A stretch of 32,000 bases of DNA from Candidatus Scalindua sp. (GTDB lineage: Bacteria; Planctomycetota; Brocadiia; Brocadiales; Scalinduaceae). Shown here piece after piece: positions 8,223 through 16,499 of the stretch. How positions within the stretch are numbered: position 1 is the first letter of the stretch; each line of letters opens with the position of its first letter. Position numbers and translations under genes: made by a program. The notes under the pieces are model-generated. The model was not told where the DNA came from and made no database searches. It saw only the letters and a program-made list of their open reading frames with translations. The stretch is from the NCBI GenBank assembly GCA_031316235.1, contig JALDRA010000001.1, positions 2,460,001 through 2,492,000 on the forward strand, read 5' to 3'.

Positions 8223-8496
8223 GCAGATGGTGAAGAAACCGGATTTTGAAACATTACTAAAAGAACTTGAAGGAATAGTAGAAGAGATCGAAAGAGGAGA
8301 TCTGACTCTCGATCAAACACTTGCAAAATATGAAAGTGGCATTAAGATATATACACAATGTCATAAGATGCTGGAGAATACCGAAAAAAAGATTAATATA
8401 GTATTAAAAAAAACATCAGGTGAAACCTGTGTTGAAGAGTATACCCTGGAGAAGACACATGGGGGAGACCAGAACAGATCAGAAAGTACCGATTAG
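8215..8496 (+). CDS. xseB: exodeoxyribonuclease VII small subunit
   Basis: FETLLKELEGIVEEIERGDLTLDQTLAKYESGIKIYTQC matches the XseB helical-hairpin pattern. It overlaps the xseA stop by 8 nt. The ATG at 8227 is an alternative start. Confidence 0.85.
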   Translation: MDKQMVKKPDFETLLKELEGIVEEIERGDLTLDQTLAKYESGIKIYTQCHKMLENTEKKINIVLKKTSGETCVEEYTLEKTHGGDQNRSESTD

Positions 8497-8617
8497 ATTA
8501 ATAAAAAAGCACACAACCCATACGCGCTGTTGGTAAACGCCACTCACTAATTATTTTTCACTGCGGTTAACATTTTAGTGAACCAGGAAGAAAAAAGCGA
8601 TTTATGAAAGGGTAATC

Positions 8618-10555
8618 TTGACAAGTGAACTATTAAAAAAGATAAACAGTCCTCAAGATCTGCAGAAATTAAAAATTGAGGAATTGCCTGCTCTGGCAAA
8701 GGAAATACGGGAGTTTATTGTTGATATTGTTTCCCGAACGCCTGGCCATTTAGCATCTAACCTTGGAGTGGTTGAGCTTACGATAGCATTGCATTATACA
8801 TTTGAGTTCCTGACAGATAAACTGATCTGGGATGTGGGCCATCAATGCTATGTACACAAACTCTTGACGGGGCGAAGGGACGCTTTCCCGACGTTAAGAC
8901 AGTATAAGGGGTTAAGCGGATTTCCCAGTAAGAAGGAGAGTAAATACGATCCATTCATCTGCGGTCACGGTGGACATGCAATCTCAACTGCGCTTGGTCT
9001 ATCCTGCGCTGATAAAATAAACGGTGTAAACAGGAAAATCGTGGCAGTTGTCGGAGATGCTTCCATAGGTGAAGGCATGTCGTTTGAGGCATTGAACCAT
9101 GCAGGTGACTTGAAAAGAAACCTGATTGTGGTCCTCAATGATAACGAGATGGGAATTTCGAGCACAGTCGGCGCATTTTCAAAATATCTCAATAAGATTC
9201 GAACAACGCCGCTTTTTTCTGATTTCAAAAAGGAAGTCCACCATTTGCTGAAATCTTTCCCTATCGTTGGTAAACGAATGGACCACACACTGGAACACAT
9301 TACTGAAATCCTGAAACGTGAGATTTCACCGGGACAGATTTTCGTAGACCTGGGATTTAACTATTTCGGACCGATCGACGGCCACGATATAAAAGAGCTG
9401 ATAGAAATTTTAAACGATATCAAATCCCTGAACGGACCTCTGCTGCTTCACGTAATTACGGCAAAAGGGAAGGGATTTGAGCCTGCTTCGTCGAATCCGG
9501 CACGTTACCATAGCGCCGGGAAGTTCCAGATGTGTAACGGGAAAGTTGTTGAACCACCGAAAGATCCCAAAAAAATCAGTTATACAAAAGTTTTCAGTCA
9601 AGCGCTTATCGATCTGGCAGGTTCTAACGAAAAAATAGTAGCAATTACCGCGGCAATGCCGGAAGGAACCGGACTTGATGCATTCGGTAAGGTATTTCCA
9701 GAGAGGTATTTTGATGTGGGTATGTGCGAACAGCATGCTATCGGATTAGCAAGTGGATTAATTGCGGCTGGACTCAAACCGGTGGCTGCGATCTATTCAA
9801 CATTTTTGCAGCGCGCATATGATCAGGTATTTCATGATGTTTGCGTCCAGGGACATAGTATGGTCCTGGCACTTGACAGGGCAGGAATTGTCGGGAGTGA
9901 TGGACCTACGCACAATGGTGTTTTTGACATAGCGTACCTGAGGCACCTGCCGGGGATGGTTTTGATGGCCCCGAAAAACGGATCAGAATTTAAAGCCATG
10001 CTGGAAAAAGCGGTGACCCTTGATTCTCCCGTGGCTATCCGTTACCCAAAGGATGATATACCTGATGAGGTGCCCGGTACGATTTGTGATAACATCGAAA
10101 TAGGAAAGGGTGAAATTGTAAGGGAAGGCCATGACGGCGCTATTATCGCATATGGTGCAATGGTGCAGACTTCCCTGGAGTGTGCGGATATGCTTGCCGA
10201 ACGAGGCATTGAGATTACGGTTGTTAATGCGCGTTTTGCTAAGCCGTTAGACGAAACACTTATTTTAAAAACCGTGAGTTCGAACCAGATTGTCCTTACC
10301 GTAGAAGACCATTCACTGGTTGACGGATTTGGCTCCGCGGTCTTGGAACTGATAAATGATAAAGGTGAAGACACGAGTAATATTCATAGACTGGGTATTC
10401 CTGACCGATTTATGGAACATGGTTCCCGGGATACCATATTAAAATCTGTCGGTATAGATGTAGAAGGTATTTGTGCACGCTTTCTATCCTGTTGGAATAA
10501 TCTTGAGCCTTCAAATTTCAATAATAAAGTGGATTGTAACCAGACTTTGGTATGA
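8618..10555 (+). CDS. dxs: 1-deoxy-D-xylulose-5-phosphate synthase
   Basis: Full-length collinear Dxs pattern: N-terminal LLKKINSPQDL...LPALAKEIREFIV, the TPP-binding region VVGDASIGEGMSFEALN, and transketolase-like middle and C-terminal domains. TTG start. The only upstream in-frame ATG is followed by a stop. Confidence 0.95.
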   Translation: MTSELLKKINSPQDLQKLKIEELPALAKEIREFIVDIVSRTPGHLASNLGVVELTIALHYTFEFLTDKLIWDVGHQCYVHKLLTGRRDAFPTLRQYKGLSGFPSKKESKYDPFICGHGGHAISTALGLSCADKINGVNRKIVAVVGDASIGEGMSFEALNHAGDLKRNLIVVLNDNEMGISSTVGAFSKYLNKIRTTPLFSDFKKEVHHLLKSFPIVGKRMDHTLEHITEILKREISPGQIFVDLGFNYFGPIDGHDIKELIEILNDIKSLNGPLLLHVITAKGKGFEPASSNPARYHSAGKFQMCNGKVVEPPKDPKKISYTKVFSQALIDLAGSNEKIVAITAAMPEGTGLDAFGKVFPERYFDVGMCEQHAIGLASGLIAAGLKPVAAIYSTFLQRAYDQVFHDVCVQGHSMVLALDRAGIVGSDGPTHNGVFDIAYLRHLPGMVLMAPKNGSEFKAMLEKAVTLDSPVAIRYPKDDIPDEVPGTICDNIEIGKGEIVREGHDGAIIAYGAMVQTSLECADMLAERGIEITVVNARFAKPLDETLILKTVSSNQIVLTVEDHSLVDGFGSAVLELINDKGEDTSNIHRLGIPDRFMEHGSRDTILKSVGIDVEGICARFLSCWNNLEPSNFNNKVDCNQTLV

Positions 10556-11394
10556 AGAAAATTCTAATCTTGGGTGATAGAAGAAAAAAGAGGATACGTG
10601 ATACAATTGCGGAGCTGGAACCTCTGTTTCGAAAGAGAGCTGCTCTCACGATAACTGATCTATCGGAACAGGGTGAAACTGAAGACCTAACTGCTGATAT
10701 TGCATTTGTATTTGGTGGAGACGGCGCTATTTTAGCGGCGAACAGAAAGCTCCTGGGTAAACAAATCCCCATGATCGGGGTGCATATGGGGAAATTTGGT
10801 TTTCTGGCAGAGTTGACACCCCCGGCAATCGACCAATCTTTAGAAAAAATTTTTTCGGGAAAATATGTTATCTCTGAAAGGATGTTGTTATCATGCCAGC
10901 TTTTACGCTCAGAAAAGATCATAAAGAAGACTATCGGTCTAAATGATGCTGTCGTATCCCGGACATCTTTTTCAAGACTGATTTCTATTAAATTGTATAT
11001 AAACGGAAGTGAAGCGAACACCTATAGCTGCGATGGCCTGATCCTTTCCACTCCAGCAGGTTCAACTGCACACTCTTTATCAGCTGGAGGCCCAATTCTT
11101 ACACCAGACCTTGAAGCCTTTCTTATTACACCCATATGCCCTCATACCTTAACCAACCGACCGCTTGTTGTTTCCAGTGATTCCATGATTGAAATGGAAC
11201 AGGTTTCTCAATCAAAAGGTGTTGGCCTGACCGTTGATGGACAGATTTATGTTGATCTTATGGCCGGAGATAAAATTATTGTAGAGAAAGCCAGGGAAAG
11301 ATTACAGTTTGTAAATACCCAGACACGGACATTTTATGAAGTATTACGAGGAAAATTAAACTGGAGGGGGCAACCTACTTACGATGTCAACTAA
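10552..11394 (+). CDS. nadK: NAD(+) kinase
   Basis: GGDGAIL motif and DGLILSTPAGSTAHSLSAGGPIL signature. Its ATG overlaps the dxs stop (ATGA). Confidence 0.9.
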   Translation: MKKILILGDRRKKRIRDTIAELEPLFRKRAALTITDLSEQGETEDLTADIAFVFGGDGAILAANRKLLGKQIPMIGVHMGKFGFLAELTPPAIDQSLEKIFSGKYVISERMLLSCQLLRSEKIIKKTIGLNDAVVSRTSFSRLISIKLYINGSEANTYSCDGLILSTPAGSTAHSLSAGGPILTPDLEAFLITPICPHTLTNRPLVVSSDSMIEMEQVSQSKGVGLTVDGQIYVDLMAGDKIIVEKARERLQFVNTQTRTFYEVLRGKLNWRGQPTYDVN

Positions 11395-12478
11395 CAAAAA
11401 CCAGAAATTTCTTTTAACCGGTAACGAGGCTTCGGCCGAAGCCGCAATACTTGCGGGTTGCAGATATTATTATGGATACCCTATTACTCCTCAAAATGAG
11501 ATTATGACTCATATGTCATTAAGGATGCCCCAGGTTGGAGGCACGTTTATCCAGGTTGAAAGTGAATTAGCGGCCATTTATATGGTCTATGGGAGCGCCG
11601 CTGCGGGAGGAAGAACCATGACCTCTTCATCGAGTCCAGGAATCAGTCTCAAGCAAGAGGGGATTTCTTACCTGGCGGGGAGTGAACTTCCGTGCGTAAT
11701 CATCAATATGCAGCGAGGCGGTCCCGGCCTGGGAGACATCTCTCCTGCGCAGTCTGATTACTTTCAGGCGGTAAAAGGTGGGGGACACGGAGACTACCAT
11801 ACAATCGTTTTGGCTCCGAGCTCGGTTCAGGAAGCTGCCGATCTCGTTTTCGATGCATTTGATCTGGCAGATTGTTATAGAAATCCTGTAATGATTCTTG
11901 GTGACGCACAACTGGGACAGATGATGGAACCCGTTGTATTTGAAAAAAAGCAGAAAACAGATCTGTCTGCGAAGACCTGGGCACTGACCGGTGCCCGGGG
12001 GAGAAAAAGAAATATTGTTAAATCCTTTTATCCGGTTAAAGGAGAACTTGAAGAATTTAACATTAAATTGCAAAAAAAGTACCGGGAAATTGAGGCCGAG
12101 GAAGTTCGTTATGAAGAGATCGATACTGAAAATGCCGATATTGTTATTGTCGCTTATGGTACCTCTGCCAGAATTTGCAGGGAAGTACTCAAAGAAGCCA
12201 GAAAGAAAAACATGAAAATAGGCATGATACGTCCTGTAACCTTATGGCCGTTCCCGAGTGTTATCATAGGCAGAGTGGCTGAGAAAGTACAATCCATACT
12301 GACAGTTGAGATGAGCGCCGGTCAAATGGTTGAAGATGTTCGGCTGTCTGTTAATGGTAAATGCCCGGTGCATTTTTACGGCAGGACCGGTGGGGGGATC
12401 CCTTCTCCCAGAGAAATTCTTAATAAAATTTCTGAATTAATAAATATAAAAGAAAAAATTACTTGTGCCACTTCATAA
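11384..12478 (+). CDS. 2-oxoacid:ferredoxin oxidoreductase, alpha subunit (KorA/OorA-like; substrate not assignable)
   Basis: N-terminal LTGNEA..AAILAGCRYYYGYPITPQNEI pattern typical of alpha subunits. It is followed by the beta and gamma subunits and overlaps the nadK stop by 11 nt. Confidence 0.8.
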   Translation: MSTNKNQKFLLTGNEASAEAAILAGCRYYYGYPITPQNEIMTHMSLRMPQVGGTFIQVESELAAIYMVYGSAAAGGRTMTSSSSPGISLKQEGISYLAGSELPCVIINMQRGGPGLGDISPAQSDYFQAVKGGGHGDYHTIVLAPSSVQEAADLVFDAFDLADCYRNPVMILGDAQLGQMMEPVVFEKKQKTDLSAKTWALTGARGRKRNIVKSFYPVKGELEEFNIKLQKKYREIEAEEVRYEEIDTENADIVIVAYGTSARICREVLKEARKKNMKIGMIRPVTLWPFPSVIIGRVAEKVQSILTVEMSAGQMVEDVRLSVNGKCPVHFYGRTGGGIPSPREILNKISELINIKEKITCATS

Positions 12479-12501
12479 GTTGCCGGAGGGGAAGGATTAA
12501 C

Positions 12502-13260
12502 ATGGAAGCAATCTATAAAAAACCAGAAACGCTTATCGATACACCCACACATTACTGCCCGGGATGCGGCCACGGCATAGTTCAAAGGCTAATTGCGGAA
12601 ATTATTGATGAGCTGGATATAAGGGAGAAGACGATAGGACTGGCACCCGTGGGATGTGCTGTACTCGCATATAATTACCTTGATATTGATATGTGTGAGG
12701 CCGCACATGGCCGTCCACCAGCGGTTGCAACAGGAATAAAACGGGTACATCCTGACAAGATTGTCTTTTCTTACCAGGGAGATGGTGACTTGGCTGCAAT
12801 TGGGACTGCAGAGATTATTCATACCGCGAACCGGGGTGAAAATATCACCGTGATATTTGTAAACAACGCAGTATATGGTATGACAAACGGGCAGATGGCA
12901 CCAACTACCCTCCTTAACCAGAGGACACTCACTACACCTCAGGGACGTGATGCAGGTGCTGATGGATACCCCTTACGCATGTGCGAAATTCTCTCCATAA
13001 TCGATGGTACCCGTTTTATCGCGAGGACTTCTATCACTTCACCAAAAAATATCAACAGGACAAAAAAAATGATAAAAAAGGGGTTTCAGACACAAATAGA
13101 AAAGAGAGGTTTTTCATTAATAGAGGTTCTTTCAACATGTCCGGTATACTGGCACATGACTCCGTGTGAGTCAATGAAGTACATAGATGAGCAGATGACC
13201 AGGACATTCCCTCTGGGTATCTTCAAGGATTGGGAAAACGAGAATAAGGATAACAATTAA
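12502..13260 (+). CDS. 2-oxoacid:ferredoxin oxidoreductase, beta (TPP-binding) subunit
   Basis: CPGCGHG motif near the N-terminus and TPP-binding GDGDLAAIG...NNAVYGMTNGQ. The start is taken at the ATG at 12502, preceded by GGAGGGGAAGG. The ORF-track start at 12463 would overlap the alpha-subunit gene with an odd N-terminus. Confidence 0.8.
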   Translation: MEAIYKKPETLIDTPTHYCPGCGHGIVQRLIAEIIDELDIREKTIGLAPVGCAVLAYNYLDIDMCEAAHGRPPAVATGIKRVHPDKIVFSYQGDGDLAAIGTAEIIHTANRGENITVIFVNNAVYGMTNGQMAPTTLLNQRTLTTPQGRDAGADGYPLRMCEILSIIDGTRFIARTSITSPKNINRTKKMIKKGFQTQIEKRGFSLIEVLSTCPVYWHMTPCESMKYIDEQMTRTFPLGIFKDWENENKDNN

Positions 13261-13286
13261 TGTACATCATAAGGGGTTAATCAGAA

Positions 13287-13871
13287 ATGACAGAAAAAGT
13301 GATTCTAGCGGGTCTGGGCGGACAGGGGATGATGCTTCTTGGCAGATTGATTGCACAGGCAGTAATGCTTGCAGAGAAAAATGTAACCTTTTTCCCCTCC
13401 TATGGTACTGAAGTACGGGGTGGTACCGCCTATTATCATTTGATCGTTTCGCACGAGGAAATTTTTTCACCGGTCATAGAGGAGGCAGATACGCTTATTG
13501 TGATGAATCTGCCCTCTTATCTTAAATTTAAGGGTTTCCTCAAACCGGATAGCTCACTCTTTTTAAACTCATCCATGATTGACAAAGTAGACGCCCCTGA
13601 AAGTGTGAACATTTATAGAATTCCCGCTACGGAAATTGCAAATGATCTCGGTAATGTGGTAGCATCAAATATGGTTATGCTGGGTGCATATAATGCCGTT
13701 AAAAATCTGGTTTCTATACCAATTTTCCTCTCATGCCTCCAGAATGTTCTGCAGGGGAAAAAAGCCCCATTTTTTGAGGTGAACAAGCTGGCTGTAGAAC
13801 GCGGAATGGAATTTGTCAACCTTTCGAAAAGCCAGGTCTCTGCACCATCATTCATCAAGGCAGGTTCATAG
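13287..13871 (+). CDS. 2-oxoacid:ferredoxin oxidoreductase, gamma subunit
   Basis: N-terminal ILAGLGGQGMMLLGRLIA (GxGGQG pattern of gamma subunits), appropriate size, and position after alpha and beta. Confidence 0.75.
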   Translation: MTEKVILAGLGGQGMMLLGRLIAQAVMLAEKNVTFFPSYGTEVRGGTAYYHLIVSHEEIFSPVIEEADTLIVMNLPSYLKFKGFLKPDSSLFLNSSMIDKVDAPESVNIYRIPATEIANDLGNVVASNMVMLGAYNAVKNLVSIPIFLSCLQNVLQGKKAPFFEVNKLAVERGMEFVNLSKSQVSAPSFIKAGS

Positions 13872-13956
13872 GGGGAATCCAGCATACACTGCAGCAAAAG
13901 ATCTTTGAGGGGGGGTAAGGGGGATGCAAAGAGTGACCAAAACAGTGTGATGCCCA

Positions 13957-15159
13957 TTAACTCCCGGGGATAATCTTTCCCAAAACAACTTTTCCTTTTG
14001 CACCTGTCGCAGACGGGACATTGGCAGGGATGCCGAACAGTGTTTCGTTGGCAAGCATGGCAAATGTTAAGGCCTCCTTTGCATCCGCAGGTATCCCGAA
14101 ATTGTCTGTCTTCCTTATTTTCATACCGGTTAAATAGCTGCTCAGGAATTTCATTAAGGTCTGGTTATAAACCCCGCCGCCGCTTAAGACCACCTCAGCC
14201 ACATTGTAATACGGCTGTATGAAGTTTCTGTAGCTGTCTGAAATAGACTTCGCAGTAAAAGCAGTAACCGTCGCAACCGCATCTGCATCATTCATCTTCT
14301 CGTGCTTCATCTCTTCATATAAATTGTCGGCAAACCCGATTCCGAAATCCTCTCTCCCGGTAGATTTTGGAGGCCGCCTGGTGAGGAACGGATGAGCGCA
14401 CAATCTGTCGAGGAAGTGCTGGTCAGGTCTGCCTCTTGATGCAAAGGCACCGTGTTCGTCAAATTTTGCTCTCCCGTTTGTTACCCTTTCAGCAAATCGG
14501 TCAATTACCATATTGCCCGGCCCGGTATCAAAGGCGATGACTTTATTTATGTCGCAGTCACCGGGCAGAAGGGCAACATTTGCAATTCCTCCTATGTTCT
14601 GGACGGCACGGCACACACCATCCCTTCCAAACAGGATAAAGTCGGCGTACGGTGTCAGCGGTGCACCCTCTCCACCGGCAGCAATGTCCCTTGTCCTGAA
14701 ATCTGCAATGGTGGTTATTCCCGTTTCCTGAGCAATCACGCAAGGCTCACCTATCTGCAGGGTTGACCTCTCACTCATATTTGCGGTCTCCTCTGATGCA
14801 GGAAAATGGTAAACAGTGTGCCCATGAGAGCCCACCATATCTATCTCGGAAATTGGCATTGATGTTTTTTCTGCAATTCGCCGTACGCTGTCAGCAAGAA
14901 GGTTACCCAGGATAAAATTCAGCCGGCAGATCAGATCGACCGAGCCTCTCTCTCTTTGAGATGCCTTAAAAAGCATTTTTCTTATTTCATCAGTATATGG
15001 ATACGTTTCAAAACCTATAAGGTCAACCTTCGTTGTCAAGCAGTTCCCCTCAATATGAATGAGGCATGCATCGATACCGTCACATGATGTGCCGGACATT
15101 AAACCTGCAACGATTCGACGCTTTTTGTTTTGTAAACTGATCAGTTTCTCAATTGACAT
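13957..15159 (-). CDS. anmK: anhydro-N-acetylmuramic acid kinase
   Basis: N-terminal GLMSGTSCDGIDA motif, and full-length collinearity with the AnmK pattern (..GEPCVIAQETGITTIADFRTRDIAAGGEGAPL..). Confidence 0.9.
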   Translation of the reverse strand: MSIEKLISLQNKKRRIVAGLMSGTSCDGIDACLIHIEGNCLTTKVDLIGFETYPYTDEIRKMLFKASQRERGSVDLICRLNFILGNLLADSVRRIAEKTSMPISEIDMVGSHGHTVYHFPASEETANMSERSTLQIGEPCVIAQETGITTIADFRTRDIAAGGEGAPLTPYADFILFGRDGVCRAVQNIGGIANVALLPGDCDINKVIAFDTGPGNMVIDRFAERVTNGRAKFDEHGAFASRGRPDQHFLDRLCAHPFLTRRPPKSTGREDFGIGFADNLYEEMKHEKMNDADAVATVTAFTAKSISDSYRNFIQPYYNVAEVVLSGGGVYNQTLMKFLSSYLTGMKIRKTDNFGIPADAKEALTFAMLANETLFGIPANVPSATGAKGKVVLGKIIPGS

Positions 15160-15250
15160 CTTGTTGAATTAGGGTAGTGTAACCATGCACTTCTGCATCA
15201 AGCCGATTCTTTAATCTATCTTTTTCTGTTTCAAGAGCGTATCCTGTTCT

Positions 15251-15298
15251 CCCGGATAAATTGGATCTATACGCAAACCATTATGAGATGAGTATAAT
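15251..15298 (-). repeat. fragment of the ~140-bp repeat (left-end part only)
   Basis: CCCGGATAAATTGGATCTATACGCAAACCATTATGAGATGAGTATAAT resembles the left-end portion of copies 5 and 6 (CTCGGATTTTATCCGAAAACCATTATGGAATGAGTATA). It is degenerate. Confidence 0.5.
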
Positions 15299-15433
15299 AT
15301 CTTTTTTGCCGGAGAATGCAAAGAACATATAGATCTGTAATGTTGCTCCTCAGCTCTGCATTTTAAGCACAGTCATTTATTTTACCCGGACAAATTTGTA
15401 ACTAATTATAGTTGAGATTTTATATCAACTCTT

Positions 15434-15525
15434 CTATACTAAAACCGGAAACCAGATCTTGGTGAAGGTATACTCGCTCAAATCTATCTCGGATTTTATC
15501 AGAAATCCAGTATGAGATGAGTAGA
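15434..15525 (-). repeat. ~140-bp repeat, copy 3 (internally deleted, ~92 bp)
   Basis: It keeps both termini (CTATACT... / ...ATGAGTAG) and the GGTGAAGGTA core. It lacks one arm of the long hairpin and the CCCCGGACAAAAAGCGCC segment. Confidence 0.7.
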
Positions 15526-15548
15526 TAATAACTTGTTAACTTATCATT

Positions 15549-16079
15549 GTGAGCCAAATTACCACTCCTGCTGAAGCACTAAAACTTTTGAGCAACCTGG
15601 GTGCTCCTCCAAGACTTATAGCTCATTTGAAATTGGTTGGAGAAGCAGCTGAAGAATTGATAGATTTACTGAAAAAATTAAATTTAAACCTGGACTATCA
15701 ATTTATTAAAATCGGTACAGCCCTTCATGATGCAGGGAAAACTGTTCATCAATCTGAATTAAGCGAAAAAGGTAATCTACATGAACCAGAGGGCGAGAAA
15801 CTGTTGTTAGAGAACAATATTCCTCCTTCTCTTGCAAGAGTTTGCCAGTCGCATGCAAGGTATAATGAAATGGAGTGTACGCTTGAAGAACTGGTGATAG
15901 CCCTTTCCGATAAACTATGGAAAGGCGAAAGAGTGGAATCATTAGAACAGATAATAATTGAAAAAATTGCCAATAAATCAGGTGCCGATAAATGGGATAT
16001 TTATATAAAACTTGACTCATGTTTTGAAAATATTGCACGTAAAGGCGATGATCGCTTAAGAAGGCAGCTTGAAAGTTAA
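15549..16079 (+). CDS. HD-domain protein (putative metal-dependent phosphohydrolase)
   Basis: HLKLVGEAAEEL ... GTALHDAGK gives the H...HD pattern of HD-superfamily hydrolases. GTG start. 176 aa. Confidence 0.65.
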   Translation: MSQITTPAEALKLLSNLGAPPRLIAHLKLVGEAAEELIDLLKKLNLNLDYQFIKIGTALHDAGKTVHQSELSEKGNLHEPEGEKLLLENNIPPSLARVCQSHARYNEMECTLEELVIALSDKLWKGERVESLEQIIIEKIANKSGADKWDIYIKLDSCFENIARKGDDRLRRQLES

Positions 16080-16262
16080 CCAGTCGCCGCAACAGGCGCG
16101 GTAAACCGTGCCGCTGAGTTCGGCGTCAGGCGAAATGAAAAATAGTCATGGCTCAACAGCAACGCTTTTTGTTTTAATAATGTTATTCAAAGAGTATGTA
16201 ACCTGGAGAGATCTGCTTTTGTTTATCAGCTTTCACCAGATCCAGGTGGATCTCAAGGTGAA

Positions 16263-16499
16263 ATGTACGCTTTTGACAAAAAACGGAAAGGATCATTTGA
16301 AACAGACCCGTGTAATGTTGCGTTACAGATGGTCTTTAATCGAGTCGAAATCAAAGGAAATGAATGCAAAGGGGAAAATGCTTTGCCAGGGTGTGAAAGC
16401 ATTATTGTAACGGTATCAAAACGAATTATTAATAAAATCACTGAGCAGTTGAAGAAGATTTTTCATACTTTGAGGTTGAACTGCCATTTGAAAAAATGA
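16263..16499 (+). CDS. possible small protein (78 aa) translationally coupled to the permease gene
   Basis: ATG start. Its stop overlaps the permease ATG (ATGA at 16496-16499). Four Cys residues. I recognise no family. A weak AAGGTG sits only 3 nt from the ATG. It could equally be non-coding leader sequence. Confidence 0.25.
   Translation: MYAFDKKRKGSFETDPCNVALQMVFNRVEIKGNECKGENALPGCESIIVTVSKRIINKITEQLKKIFHTLRLNCHLKK

Noticed and set aside
13872-13956. Convergent-gene spacer between the oxidoreductase gamma subunit gene and anmK, examined as a possible terminator or small RNA.
   Set aside because: It has G-runs (GAGGGGGGGTAAGGGGGATG) but no convincing stem-loop or T-run. Nothing here can be supported.
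15549-16079. The HD-domain protein as part of a defence or signalling module, such as a CRISPR-associated or cyclic-nucleotide system.
   Set aside because: It is a stand-alone 176-aa HD protein with no adjacent nuclease, cyclase, helicase or cas-like genes. Its neighbours are anmK and a permease. Nothing supports a multi-gene system.
16081-16262. Possible riboswitch (lysine, glycine or another amino-acid class) upstream of the APC permease.
   Set aside because: I could not match any riboswitch core consensus that I know by eye. Only short, generic complementary segments are present. A covariance-model scan is needed before any claim.
16108-16410. A 100-aa ORF in the permease leader.
   Set aside because: GTG start with no ribosome-binding site and an odd composition. 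It overlaps the better-positioned 16263-16499 ORF in another frame. I kept it only as part of the leader or pseudogene question.
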